A stretch of DNA of 63,130 nt, the filler included, from Globobulimina sp. (lineage: Eukaryota): the NCBI GenBank assembly GCA_003354225.1. It is 57 parts of 57 records of this genome, joined end to end, with 100 filler letters (N's around TTAATTAATTAA, not from the genome) between each part and the next. Parts side by side here need not be neighbours in the genome. Positions count along the whole stretch, not along the records: positions 48,821 to 49,829 come from PIVH01025931.1; positions 49,930 to 50,938 come from PIVH01025932.1; positions 51,039 to 52,047 come from PIVH01025933.1; positions 52,148 to 53,156 come from PIVH01025934.1; positions 53,257 to 54,265 come from PIVH01025935.1; positions 54,366 to 55,374 come from PIVH01025936.1; positions 55,475 to 56,482 come from PIVH01025937.1; positions 56,583 to 57,590 come from PIVH01025938.1; 49 more parts are not named here. One strand, given 5' to 3'. The notes below the pieces were generated by a model that was not told the DNA's origin, searched no databases, and saw nothing but the letters and a program-made list of their open reading frames with translations. Each line of letters begins with the position of its first letter. The stretch's first letter is position 1. The position numbers were made by a program, and so were the translations under genes. Positions 48,821-61,014 of this stretch are shown here, one piece after another.

Positions 48821-49755
48821 ATGGACCGCAGCCACTGGACTGTCAACAGACTACATTTTCCCTTTCTTCGCCCTTTTTGCGGTCCTCTGGAGAATGTATG
48901 AGTGGGATCGAATTCGGTTCGGATTATGCGTTTGTATTTCAGTTGAATACGGACACGAATGAATGTGTAAATTTGGGGACTCGCGCACGTTGGGAACTGT
49001 ACGATGCAAATAATGCCGCAGCAGGTGTGACTGGTGTATATTATGATGGCAGTTGGTGTCAATCCGGAGGCAGGAATATGGAGATCAGACTACATTTTGT
49101 ATGTCCAACGGATCAGGACAGTGTATATCATCCAAGAAATGAAACAAAAATAGATTTGTATGAATATGTTGCACAAGATGACGATACCGGATGTAGTTAT
49201 TCATTTGTACATTTTAGTGCCATTGCCTGTCCATATCAATGTGTTGCAGAAACGTTGCATGATAATATTGAAACGTTTACTGTTTGTGCTCAGAGAGGAT
49301 ATTGCGTAGCTGATCCGTATGCTGGTTTTGTAAGATGTTTATGCGATGATGGATGGACTGGTATTGATTGTCAACAAATCGCAACAAACGATCCAACCCA
49401 ACAACCATCGGAGAATCCAAGTTATCCCACTACGCAACCAACGGAGAATCCAACTGTAGGACCTACAGAAAGCCCCAATGTCATTTCAATTGCAAGCACT
49501 TCAAATGAAGAGAATGCGGCGAATGACAAAAAGTTATCTGGATGGCTTAGTAAAGGATATGTTTTACCAATTATTATAGTGGGCATAGTAGTTGTTTTCT
49601 TGGTGATTGGTATTGGATATTTTATTTATAAGAATAGAAAACAAAAGACGCAATTACAAAAAATTAATTCATCGGATGAAATGTGTGAAAATGATGATGT
49701 AAATCTTTTACAAACTAAAGAGGAACGAACTGATGACTATGAAGGCACACCTTAA
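48821..49755 (+). CDS. Type I membrane protein: Cys-rich MRH-like/EGF domain, TxxP stalk, TM
   Basis: YDGSWC...R..LHFVC, SAIACP, CLCDDGWTGIDC EGF, PTxxP repeats, TM. Confidence 0.75.
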
Positions 49756-49953
49756 ATGATAACAAGAATAAGATAAGCCAAATTAAGGCAGTTTTATTAT
49801 TAATGTATCGACCATAATACATATTGACANNNNNNNNNNNNNNNNNNNNNNNNNNNNNNNNNNNNNNNNNNNNTTAATTAATTAANNNNNNNNNNNNNNN
49901 NNNNNNNNNNNNNNNNNNNNNNNNNNNNNAAAAAAAAACGTACTTTAAATAGT

Positions 49954-50520
49954 ATGGAAACAATGCTTCAAATAAGTATCACATTATTTGTAATTGTATT
50001 TGGATATATTATAATTAATAGGTACAGCATTAATAGGTTGATTTGGAAAAATTACAAAATGCACCAATTTCCATTTACCCACAGGTTTCCTTCAATTCAT
50101 GACACAGAGCATACTTTTTATTTCCGTTGCGGAAAATTATTAAATGTTGATCGATTTCATGGTGTTTTACTATCTAAAAATAATGAAAAATCAATTGTTT
50201 TTGGTTATATTATGTTGAATGTTTATTTATTGATTCATACAAATTAAATGGAAAAATTGGATGGTTAATAAATGTTTATACTGCACCTAAATTCCGACAA
50301 AATGGATTAGGAACAATGATGATTCAGAAGTGTTTACAGTATTTTGATTCGAAACAAATAAAAGATGTTCATTTATGCGTCGATGCTGAGAATGTTGTTG
50401 CACAAAAATTGTATGCAACGTGTCAATTTAAGCAGTACAAAACCATTCGCAATAAAGCACATAATGCAAACTATATTATCATGAAACATGCTGCTCTTGT
50501 TATTATATATAATACAAGCT
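49954..50520 (+). pseudogene. N-terminal TM GNAT acetyltransferase, frameshifted near 50230
   Basis: NVYTAPKFRQNGLGTMMI (motif A), LCVDAENVVAQKLY (motif B). Confidence 0.7.
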
Positions 50521-50542
50521 TTGATTTGAACAATCAACAATG

Positions 50543-50938
50543 TCATTTTTTACGTTTTTTGCATTGTTTGGAAATTCTCTTTCCAAATCGCAATGTGTAT
50601 ACTGTTCCACCAAATGTGTATACTGAATGCGGTGCGCATACTGGAGCTGCATTCAAATAAAACAAAACTTGTGAATTTAACCATTTCTCCCCAAGCGAAT
50701 TTACCAATATCTCTGTTAATGTTGAATTTCTGTATGGAATAAATCTTTCGTTTCTTTGTTGAGCTTCCAAAACATCACCTAACGCACTTAATGACTTATT
50801 AATATACCCAGCCTCCTTCAATGTCTGATTAGTTGCTCCAAATTTTTTGATACGTTCAGAACCAGCACAGTCCACAAAATGCAATTTACTCAAATATGTG
50901 GTATCATTCGTTGCATCTTCACCCAAAATCTCAAATAA
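50543..50938 (-). CDS. Kinesin motor domain C-terminal part (kinesin-14-like)
   Basis: SKLHFVDCAGSER, INKSLSALGDV, IPYRNSTLT, TLRFG. Confidence 0.88.
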   Translation of the reverse strand, partial: LFEILGEDATNDTTYLSKLHFVDCAGSERIKKFGATNQTLKEAGYINKSLSALGDVLEAQQRNERFIPYRNSTLTEILVNSLGEKWLNSQVLFYLNAAPVCAPHSVYTFGGTVYTLRFGKRISKQCKKRKK

Positions 50939-51038
50939 NNNNNNNNNNNNNNNNNNNNNNNNNNNNNNNNNNNNNNNNNNNNTTAATTAATTAANNNNNN
51001 NNNNNNNNNNNNNNNNNNNNNNNNNNNNNNNNNNNNNN

Positions 51039-51479
51039 TACTACTTCACCTTTATTACCAGATTTATTATGAATATTAATATCCTTAACATATTCGCCGT
51101 TTATAAAATAAGAAGAAAGACATTTACAATGTAATAACGATTGAATAATTACATTAAAAAAACATGTGTTTGTCAAATTATGCAATGGCATAATACCATC
51201 TACAACTTGTAATAAATTCTCATTTTTAGAATTGAATTTTTTTCCATTTATTTCTCTATGTTTAACCGAATTGACCTTCATTTCTTTTAAACTTTGGGCG
51301 ATAGCCTTCTGTAACCCATCGACATCGTTGGTATCTATATTATTAATATCACATTGAGCCAATGTTGTATTGCTCACACTCTCGTCAATCGATGCTCCAT
51401 CGGATAAGGGTTCAAGTGTCGGCATTTGTTGATCATTGTTGGCAACGAACGACGGCAACTCGGTCATGATGGATATCAA
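51039..51479 (-). CDS. Ubiquitin-specific protease N-part with UIM-like motif and Cys box
   Basis: LQKAIAQSLKE; PLHNLTNTCFFNVIIQSLLH...YF...Y..DIN..N..G..GEV. Confidence 0.85.
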
Positions 51480-51573
51480 ATGGTTATTTAAACCTCAATG
51501 TGATTCCATTAAAAAAAAAAGCCTTTTCGAAAACATCTTCAAAACTTTAAGAAATGAACATTATTTAAATGTG

Positions 51574-51752
51574 TGTTTTTTGTTTTGATCTGGCACCGTT
51601 GCATTTAATAGCTAGCGCTGAACGGATATTATAACATATATCCTGATATGTAGGGCTACTTAAGAAAAAAAGTTGGAAGGTTTTCATTCTGACGCAAAGT
51701 AAAATGTTAAATTTCAAAAAAATTCAACGGTGCCAGATCAAAACAAAAAACA
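51574..51752. mobile_element. MITE-like element with perfect 28-bp inverted repeats
   Basis: TGTTTTTTGTTTTGATCTGGCACCGTTG (51574-51601) / reverse complement (51725-51752). Confidence 0.7.
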
Positions 51753-52185
51753 GTTAATAAGATTCTGTTAATGCATTATCATATAGAAACTTGGATAAAA
51801 AACGCAAGATATGTAAACAACTCCATTTACCTTTTTTAATGTCATGTACATGATGACTTTGTAACATTCCTCCTTGATTGACCATCAACGAAACAGATCC
51901 AGCTCTTTGAGTAAAATGTAAATTGTTATACTCCGCATTTCTTCCACACTTTATTGATGTATCATCGAAACAGAATTTAACAAACTCATCAGAAACATAA
52001 TCAAATGATTTGGTTACTGCATTCGCAGTGCCATTCCTCTCAAATGCNNNNNNNNNNNNNNNNNNNNNNNNNNNNNNNNNNNNNNNNNNNNTTAATTAAT
52101 TAANNNNNNNNNNNNNNNNNNNNNNNNNNNNNNNNNNNNNNNNNNNNGGCGACCTCATCAGTTATGCGTACATATTATATTTCAT

Positions 52186-53156
52186 ATGTATGATATATTA
52201 ATTATATTTTGTATGTATACACAGATAATTGTGTTACTTTGTGCTTTGATATTCGGTTTTGGCATAAGTGCTTATTTAGGAAACAAATTCTCAACATTGG
52301 TGTTCGTTGTTCCTTTTCTTTTATTGGGTGTTGGTGTGGATAATATGATAATTATCGTTGACACTGTAAACCATACAACAGTACCAAACAGTGACAGTGA
52401 GCAGCAATTTACTGGCAAACAATTAGGCGTTGCATTGAAACATTGCGGTGTCGCAGTCTCATTAACTTCATTTTGTTCCATTGTTGCATTTTTGGCCGGA
52501 TCCGTTACAGATTTGCCTGGCTTAGGATATTTTTGTTATTATGCCGCTTTTTCATTTGTAGGCAATTATTTGCTTCAATTTTTATTATTTGTGCCGTTGT
52601 TGGTTTATGACAATAAACGGATTCAACAAAATAGAAATTTTTGTTGCCCCTGTTTTGCACATACAGTCCTAGTCACTCCTAGCAAATGCTGACGAATACA
52701 ATGACGACGAATTAGAACAACCAACCAAACGCTTTTCATTAAATTGGTTTTTAGAAAATTCATTTGTGGCTATATTATCCAGCACGATTGGCAGAATATG
52801 CATTATTATTCTTTTTTTAACATTAATTGCATTTTCTGCATACTTCGGTATGCAAATCGAAACCTCGTCGGATATGCGCTTATTCCTTCTCGACGAAAGT
52901 TACGCGATGAAATATTTCGATTTAGTGGAGGTTGCTTGGTCTGGATCCACCACTGAAAGCATACAAATTGTGTTCATCGATGTCGATTTCTCGGAAGCTG
53001 CTATGCGAAAACGAATATATTCATTAATGCAACGCGTTGAGGACTTATCCGATGTGCAAAGCCAAGTCGATAACTGGTTAGAAACGGCGCAAGATAAAAA
53101 CTTAGCATTGTTGGTTGACCGTTTAGCGATGGACATTGCCAAAGAAGATATTGCGG
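52186..53156 (+). CDS. Patched/NPC1-like sterol-sensing-domain protein fragment (frame break near 52690)
   Basis: PFLLLGVGVDNMIII, GVAVSLTS...AF..G, FCYYAA, D.KR...NR..CPC; second piece FLLDESY..KYFD. Confidence 0.85.
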
Positions 53157-53256
53157 NNNNNNNNNNNNNNNNNNNNNNNNNNNNNNNNNNNNNNNNNNNN
53201 TTAATTAATTAANNNNNNNNNNNNNNNNNNNNNNNNNNNNNNNNNNNNNNNNNNNN

Positions 53257-54265
53257 ATCATCTTTGGTATTAATAACATTGATATTGAAACACTTGAAGT
53301 ACTGCATCTAGGCCTAGAGGATATTTTTACACATGGTTTTTGCGATGATCTAAGAATGAATGATGAGTATTATCACAAGTATTTCTTCGAAGCAGTGACT
53401 GATAATAATCTGCGAATTGTGAAACAGTTATTATTTGTTGGCAGAGAGCCGCAAGAAACCAAACGATTTGATGGCGATGAAAAAAAAGAGATAAATATTA
53501 AAAAAGAGAAACATAAACAAAATAATAATAAAGTAAGTCAAAAAAATAAGTGGATTGCGTTTGATTGGAATGAATCAGTGAGCTCAGATGAAGAGGATAT
53601 AAATATAAATAATGATAAAGATAATAATAATAAAGATACCGATTGGTTGAAATGGATGACTCGCAAAATTGACGTGAATATGACAGATATAAATGGACGA
53701 ACACCTTTATTTGCTTCCGCCTACAATGGATATTGGAAAATGTGCAAATTGTTAATGCAGTATGACATTGATGTGGATATTGTCGATTTAGAGGGACAGA
53801 CTGCATTTGATTATGCAAAGGCTGGATTGCAAGATGCCAAAAGTGAGAAAACAGTGAAACAATATAATCAGATTATGAATAAATTGAAAACAAATATGAA
53901 AATATTGAGCGAAGGTGTTGTACGACCGGCGGCCCTCAATAATAATAATAATAATAATAATAAGATAACCGCCGTTGGGCATAACTCAGCAGATAATATG
54001 GCTATAAATCCAGGTAATGGCGCTCGAAGATCTGTAAATAATGACGAAATAATATGGAGTTCGTCGCTGATATATATTGGCAATCTGCCGTGGAAAATGA
54101 GTGAGGTTGAAATCAAAGAATTTGTGCTCAAATATGGCATAAAAACATTGCAAGTTATAAAAAGAAGCAATTATACACTGATTCGAACAAGAGAGGATTT
54201 GAACAGATTAAGTTTGAAAATCGATAAAATGAATGCGACTTTTTTTCGTGGCGCCATGATCACTG
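53257..54265 (+). CDS. Ankyrin-repeat plus RRM protein fragment
   Basis: DINGRTPLFASAYNG....CKLL, GQTAFDYA; IYIGNLPWKMSEVEIKEF. Confidence 0.8.
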
Positions 54266-54539
54266 NNNNNNNNNNNNNNNNNNNNNNNNNNNNNNNNNNN
54301 NNNNNNNNNTTAATTAATTAANNNNNNNNNNNNNNNNNNNNNNNNNNNNNNNNNNNNNNNNNNNNCCTAAACGAAGCAATTTTAGTTAAGAATATGGAGT
54401 CGGGCTTTCTCAATTTTATTATCACCCAGGTGGAGTTAATTTTTATTATGTAAAAAAATATTTGTCAAAAATTTGCATATTACACACTTCGTCCTGTTTA
54501 TCTTTCTTTGTTTGTAACTGGTTTTGGTCTTCCTTTTCT

Positions 54540-55271
54540 ATGGCCAGTAAATCGCCTTCTGCTGGCTACTGTGCTGCGTTGTTCTGGTGTTTAATCTTTC
54601 TCATTCAATACTTTGTGTTTGTCATATTTTTTTGTGGATGGTTTTTAATTGATTTTGCTTCACATTGGACACGGACATTTTACGCTCTCATTTGGCAACT
54701 TTGGTGGTTTTTGGCTCTTTGGAGTCTGCTCACTATATGTATTAATGACATAAAGGTAATGTTAGAGAGCTTCCTATGGTCATAACCACTTTTATACAGT
54801 AGTAGATGCAGGAATGTTACCATTTATGAGTGGTTCAGTTCTGAAAATAAACAAACACATTTTACTTGTTTTTTTACGAATTATAATTTTTTTTACAAAA
54901 CTTCCTGTTTTCAGATTTCTTCATCCCGCTACCATGTACCACTATTCCTAAGAGATCGACTCTCTGTTAGCAATGTGTGTGAGTTTCAAGCAATATTGGT
55001 TGATTTCAGTCGATCTATGGGACTCAAAATTCGCCCTTACAAACAATTGATAGAATTAGAAGCACCACCAATCGATACACTGAGATACTGTAGAATTTGT
55101 TGCATTGTGCAGCCAGAAAGAGCGCGACATTGCTATACCTGCCAGGTAAAAGTGTTTCTTTTATTAGCGATAAGGTTGTTTATTTTGGTTATGCATGCAT
55201 TCTTTGATTTGACCTCTACCAAAACAGATCAGCACATGTGTTGGTGCACAGCCTCAATAAATATTGAATGA
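54540..55271 (+). CDS. DHHC-type palmitoyltransferase-like, intron-containing or degenerate
   Basis: Two TM helices then YCRICCIVQPERARHCYTCQ; DHHC itself not clearly present. Confidence 0.65.
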
Positions 55272-55276
55272 ATATA

Positions 55277-55374
55277 TATTGTATGTACTGTATGTCCATA
55301 CAAATATGCAATTGTATTGTATGTACTGTATGCCCATACAAATATGCAATTCTATTGTATTTACTGTATGCCCA
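55277..55374 (+). repeat. 38-bp tandem repeat, about 2.6 copies, at contig end
   Basis: ATTGTATGTACTGTATGYCCATACAAATATGCAATTST units. Confidence 0.85.
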
Positions 55375-55474
55375 NNNNNNNNNNNNNNNNNNNNNNNNNN
55401 NNNNNNNNNNNNNNNNNNTTAATTAATTAANNNNNNNNNNNNNNNNNNNNNNNNNNNNNNNNNNNNNNNNNNNN

Positions 55475-55680
55475 TATTGAATGTTATCTAATGTTCCGTT
55501 ATGTTGACCAATTTGCTTGTTTGTTATTTCGATTCCAAACCATATACCTTTGCAATTTTTGACTTTCCCTATATACCGGATAATTCCTTCGCGTCTTCTC
55601 CGTAATGCGACCTTGTCTTTCAGCATATATCCACCATATGCGGCTTTATTTTTTGGTTTAAACTTCTTTGAAGAGGCCAT
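55475..55680 (-). CDS. CAP-Gly domain protein, 5' part
   Basis: GIIRYIGKV....GIWFGIEI.....GQHNGT. Confidence 0.88.
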
Positions 55681-55779
55681 GAAGTTCACCCAAACTAATG
55701 ATTTTTGAAATTGTGCATTCTGTGAAAACTTTGAACTTTAAAGATGTATGAAACAAAAATCATACCAATTTCATAAAAA

Positions 55780-56304
55780 ATGTCAAACTTAGCGGACGGA
55801 CGTACAGATGAGGCCACATCAACAAAAGTGTTACTTGCATGTCAACAACAAGAAGATATCGGTGGTTATGGAAGAAAATGTGATATGTACACAAGACATC
55901 ATTGGATTATAATGTCAAATGGTAGTTTTTATTGCAGCCATCAACATGCGATCTCAAACAAAAGAGAATGGCCTCAAAATGAAGAAATTATGAATTATAA
56001 ATTTGAGAAATCAGAATTACAGAAAAATGAAATTGTTCAATTAATCGATATATTAATAAAATGCTACAACGAATGGACAGAAGGAAACTCAACAGAATAT
56101 TGTTATTTTTACAATAATGTTTCAAATGCAAATGATGCCGACAAAGAAATGCCGACATCTTATTTCTTGGACCAATTATTTATTAATTCAGATGATGATA
56201 CAACAAAAGCAAAGCATGTGCAGCAAAATCAACAAAGCAATGTTTTATATCAATTGCTTCAAAGTATGAAACAAATAAAATTACAAATACCAAAAACAAA
56301 TTAA
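55780..56304 (+). CDS. Hypothetical protein
   Basis: ATG-to-stop 174-aa ORF; no motif. Confidence 0.4.
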   Translation: MSNLADGRTDEATSTKVLLACQQQEDIGGYGRKCDMYTRHHWIIMSNGSFYCSHQHAISNKREWPQNEEIMNYKFEKSELQKNEIVQLIDILIKCYNEWTEGNSTEYCYFYNNVSNANDADKEMPTSYFLDQLFINSDDDTTKAKHVQQNQQSNVLYQLLQSMKQIKLQIPKTN

Positions 56305-56582
56305 TTAATAATTATGCAAATTCAAATCATTCACAATTTTAATTCGTTTTTAATGTTTTCAGTCTAATTTCTTTTCTTTTCTTTCTTTTTCTTATCTTCA
56401 TAAATATTGAATTGTTTTATCACATAGTTTTATATTATGTTTTGTGTGCTGTTGTTTGTTTTGATTAAATCTTTTGTGTGTTNNNNNNNNNNNNNNNNNN
56501 NNNNNNNNNNNNNNNNNNNNNNNNNNTTAATTAATTAANNNNNNNNNNNNNNNNNNNNNNNNNNNNNNNNNNNNNNNNNNNN

Positions 56583-57590
56583 TTAAAGTTGGTATAATAA
56601 ATGGCATCGGTTTTTTGTGGAGTCATTGTGAGATTAAAGTCATTGACAATGGACCAAAATTCTGGGATTTGTAATCTGGACAAAGCATCGGATAAACCAT
56701 TGGTGGCAGAAGATATCCAATCAATCCATACAAGGAATTTATACTCAAGCATTAAATGGCATAATTCATATATAAACAACATCAAATTATACGACGAGGA
56801 CCATTTACGGCGAATCGCGTAATAGCACGATTCATTGTCAATAAATAAATGGATAGTTTTGCCAGATAAATAGTGGCGAAATGTAAACAGCGCTGATAGG
56901 ATAACATGCGCTTCCTTTTGATTGATATGCCACAGAGTATTGTGAATGGGATTGAATGGGTAATGGGACCAATAGCCACCTACTACAAAGCCGCCATGTG
57001 TAGAGCATGCATCTGTAGATGCAGAAATTGCCATTTTATGGGACATAAGAATTTCGGACATTGGAACTTTCAGAATTTGGTCCGCATAGAAGTACCAATA
57101 CCGGAGGTCATTCAAAATGGACAACGGCAGAATAAAGTAATCACTCTTGGAATAAAAACCAGATCGGATATTATCATGGATAAAATGAAGCAAATTCCAA
57201 CACAAAGCTTTTGTTGGTTGTTTCAACTGGGCCCAATGCATTATTGTACCGCATATAGATTCAAGGGCTGATCCAGTGATAACCCGATATTGTAAAGTAT
57301 ATAATATCAATTGTTTGAAATTATGGTATTTAACAGGGGGAATACCGACCATTTTGGTACGTAAATCAAATAACACGCCATAGATAACGGCTGACTGACA
57401 AGTCCGAATAAAACCAGACTCTTTCAGGGAAACCTGAACATTCAATTCTTTCATCAAGGCGTCAAAGCGTGTTTCCATCTCTTTACAGTCAGCTTCCTCC
57501 ACTGCTGCCAATACAAAATCATCAATGTGCACCAAACTGTTTCCACGCCAATTTTTTTGGAATATTTTATTATCCAAAATCCAAATTAAG
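56583..57590 (-). mobile_element. DIRS-type retrotransposon reverse transcriptase C-part plus RNase H
   Basis: LVHIDDFVL (YxDD variant), STDACS, HINQKEA, FIDNES, WISSATNGLSDALSR. Confidence 0.9.
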
Positions 57591-57690
57591 NNNNNNNNNN
57601 NNNNNNNNNNNNNNNNNNNNNNNNNNNNNNNNNNTTAATTAATTAANNNNNNNNNNNNNNNNNNNNNNNNNNNNNNNNNNNNNNNNNNNN

Positions 57691-58508
57691 ACATACTTCA
57701 GTTTAGGTCTTTGAAATTCATGTTGTTTGATGGTTGAATTTAAATTGATTGACATAAAATAATCATACTCATTGTGATTGGTTTTAGTATTGTTGACAAA
57801 ATGAAGCTTTTTTGCCTTTCCATAACAATAACTCGGGTAAAATAATGGCAATTCTTGTTTCATTTCGTTTTCATTAATACCCATTCAGATAGCAAGCCAT
57901 TATATGTTATAGATGTACTATGTGGAATGAATCCGTTCTTGATTGTTTCTCGAAAACTTACATCAAAAAATGAGCATATTGCAATTTATTATTACGCACA
58001 AATTAATGAAAACACACTTTGTAACATCTTTAGCACCGCCCATTGATAGACCAATAGTTTCTGATCGGTTGGGATTAAAATTTGTATTATAGCAACTTCC
58101 TAAACTAATACCACGTGATTGTTCATCATGGCGTGTATCCATAAATCTTGCTTCAGATTGTCGTTGGGAAACTATAATGCCATATTTACTAATTAATAAA
58201 TCCGATATTTCAAAAGTTTCTGAACATGGTCTAATTGAATGTGCCTTCATATTCCAGCCACTGTGCTTATAATCAATAGTATAAAGTCCATATTGTTTAG
58301 GTTTGATGTGGCCGCATATTATATTTACTTGAATCATGAATCGCGTCGCTTCTTTTTTTGTCAAATACAGATTGTTTATCAACACTTTGATATTTCTCAA
58401 TTTCAATTTCCCCAAATCAGCAAGCGATTGTACACCATATTGAATTAATTGTTGATACACAATATTGTCAAAATGTAATCTGCAACACCACTGTTTCAAA
58501 TCTTCCAT
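57691..58508 (-). pseudogene. SAM-like domain protein with frameshifted C-terminal region
   Basis: LKQW..RL....YQQLIQYGVQSLADL.KL...IK.L SAM pattern; continuation in another frame. Confidence 0.45.
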
Positions 58509-58798
58509 TTATTACATATATTTTTTTTTCACTTAGCTTGCAAACACCTACTTGTTTTGTATTTATTTTGAACAATGTGTGCGTTCTAATTGACACCTGT
58601 CAACTAACTTTTTCTTAAGTACTAATACTTCTCAACTTAAAAAACACTTAGTCAATTGCCTGCTGGGAGCGTGGATTAATTAAAAGTACTCATTCCACNN
58701 NNNNNNNNNNNNNNNNNNNNNNNNNNNNNNNNNNNNNNNNNNTTAATTAATTAANNNNNNNNNNNNNNNNNNNNNNNNNNNNNNNNNNNNNNNNNNNN

Positions 58799-59262
58799 TT
58801 CTATCCAAATCCATTGGCTTGCAATGCAAAATATGCGTTTAACCAGGGAGCCCTAACCCGAAAGCCATGGTTTGACTGCTCCTGCTGTCCATCAAACATA
58901 GTTCGGTTTTTGCCTTCCTTACCGGGGTATGTCTATGCTGTTCGGGATCATGATCTATATGTTAACCTGTATATGAGCAATGAGGCAGAAATAAAAATAG
59001 GAGCGTTGAATACGAGGATTTTTCAAACCTCAAATTATCCGTGGGATGGAAGGATCAAAATTGAAGTACATCCTGAAAGAGAATCCAACTTTAATATAAA
59101 ATTGAGAATACCAGGATGGGCTGAAAATCAACCCATTCCTGGCGATTTATACACATATTTTGAAAAGAGTAAAAGAAAAATTAGCGCAGAACTAAATGGA
59201 AGTAAGATCGAGTTGAAAATTGAGGATGGATATTTAACCATTAATAATTCTTGGAAAAAGTA
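58799..59262 (+). CDS. Bacterial GH127 beta-L-arabinofuranosidase-like fragment
   Basis: FYPNPL, RKPWFDCSCCPSN, YPWDG, LRIPGWA, GYLTI...W. Confidence 0.9.
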
Positions 59263-59676
59263 GTCATTCTCTCGGAAATTCTTAATGTTATCTTTGCAAT
59301 TTCCATAATTTGTATGATTGTTGAAATTTGGAATATTTACATCTGTCAATAATGATCGCGTCGAAGGCATATTGACATTATTTGCATCGGACACAACCGC
59401 ATTGGGTCTGGCCTTCATTCTCATTCTGGGGATGAACGAAGGTGTTTTTGTTTCGATTTTTTGTCGTGGCGAATGTATTTCTTTTGGATGTTTTTTCAAA
59501 TATTGCCTATATTTGTAGTCTTCTTCCATATCACGCTTTTTTTCAAACTGTTTTTGACGTTGTTTTGTTTTTCGTTTTTCTTCAATTTGTTGCAACAATG
59601 TATCTCTAAATTGCTGTTTTTTGTTTTGTTCTGTTTCAATCTCATTTTTAGTTTTTGGAAATTGCATTGCTTGCAA
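59263..59676 (-). CDS. Eukaryote-like coiled-coil fragment (CCDC66-like LLQQIEEK motif), abutting the GH127 fragment
   Basis: KQQFRDTLLQQIEEKRKTKQRQK; AT-rich. Confidence 0.5.
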
Positions 59677-59906
59677 TCTCCCTAAAAAAGTGCTTTTTTT
59701 ATTGTTTTGAGTGACTCCATAACAGCTATTTGCTGTGTTTTTATTTTCAAAATTGTCAAAAAAATAATTGGAGGGTGGTCCTTGTTGTCGGAACTGACTT
59801 TTTTTANNNNNNNNNNNNNNNNNNNNNNNNNNNNNNNNNNNNNNNNNNNNTTAATTAATTAANNNNNNNNNNNNNNNNNNNNNNNNNNNNNNNNNNNNNN
59901 NNNNNN

Positions 59907-60720
59907 TTATCATAAAATATTGAAAGAACACTCATTAAAAGAATTAATCACAAAATGTAACTTAAGACTGCATCATGACCCGCAGTCGAGAGAGAATTTA
60001 ATTTTGCCCAAAACAACCATTGTACGATTAAAAAAGCCATGGTTTACAAGGGATAAACAGCACAGAATACGTTTGGGCTTAAAAGAATTAGCCAAACAAT
60101 ATAGAATACGCTTTGCCGATTTTGTGGAAGAATTTGTGTTGGAAGTACCGACATTTATTGCTGCCTCGACGTTTTTTATTCATGGCAGTGGTTTGGCGTC
60201 GATTCTCACGCCGAAAGATTTGGATTTGATTATTCAACATATCACAAATATTGGCAATACACAGGAAAATGTAAATTATCAGCCACCGCCAAAAAGAGCT
60301 GCCCCAGAATTGGAGGAAAAATATAATTTACGGATTTATAGTAATTATAGTACAAAGCATCGGAATTTAATTGCAAAATCAGATTTAGATTTAACTATTC
60401 ACGGCGAGAATTTTGCAATTATGATGGGATTGGACTGTGCGCATTTATTAAGGATGACATTCTTTAGAGGGACCATTCGAAGTTTTTTGAAGAGGTTTGA
60501 CTCAAATAATATTCGCTTATCTCAAATCCAAAATGCATATCAAATGTATACATTAAATGGTTCAAGATGGTGGTCTTCAAATATCGCGGATGAGTTAAGG
60601 CGATTAAATTGTGTGTTATATGCTGATGGTTATGGTGATTTTATGATTGATATTTCTCATCTGCGACCAATGTATAATGATAAATCTGTTCGAACTGACT
60701 TGTCTTTTAAAATAATGTAA
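59907..60720 (+). CDS. Hypothetical protein fragment
   Basis: 266-aa open frame; no confident motif. Confidence 0.5.
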
Positions 60721-61014
60721 ATTTACTGTCAGAGATCCTTGCACACAAAACACAAACACATATGCAGGGAATTAAAATCATTGCTTAATCTCTTTTATTT
60801 TACAGTCATCATTTGTAAAGCTTTTCATGTCAAAAATAATATGTTTCAAATAGATTGTATCTGTTACCAATGGATTCTTGAGATAAAATAAGATTGGGTT
60901 TCATCAATAATTTTNNNNNNNNNNNNNNNNNNNNNNNNNNNNNNNNNNNNNNNNNNNNTTAATTAATTAANNNNNNNNNNNNNNNNNNNNNNNNNNNNNN
61001 NNNNNNNNNNNNNN

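Noticed and set aside
59128..59263. Natural antisense overlap between GH127 and the coiled-coil ORF
   Set aside because: The overlap is just read-through across a probable chimeric junction
60640..60670. IDISHL resembling a His-Cys box homing endonuclease motif
   Set aside because: The following Cys/His ligands are absent
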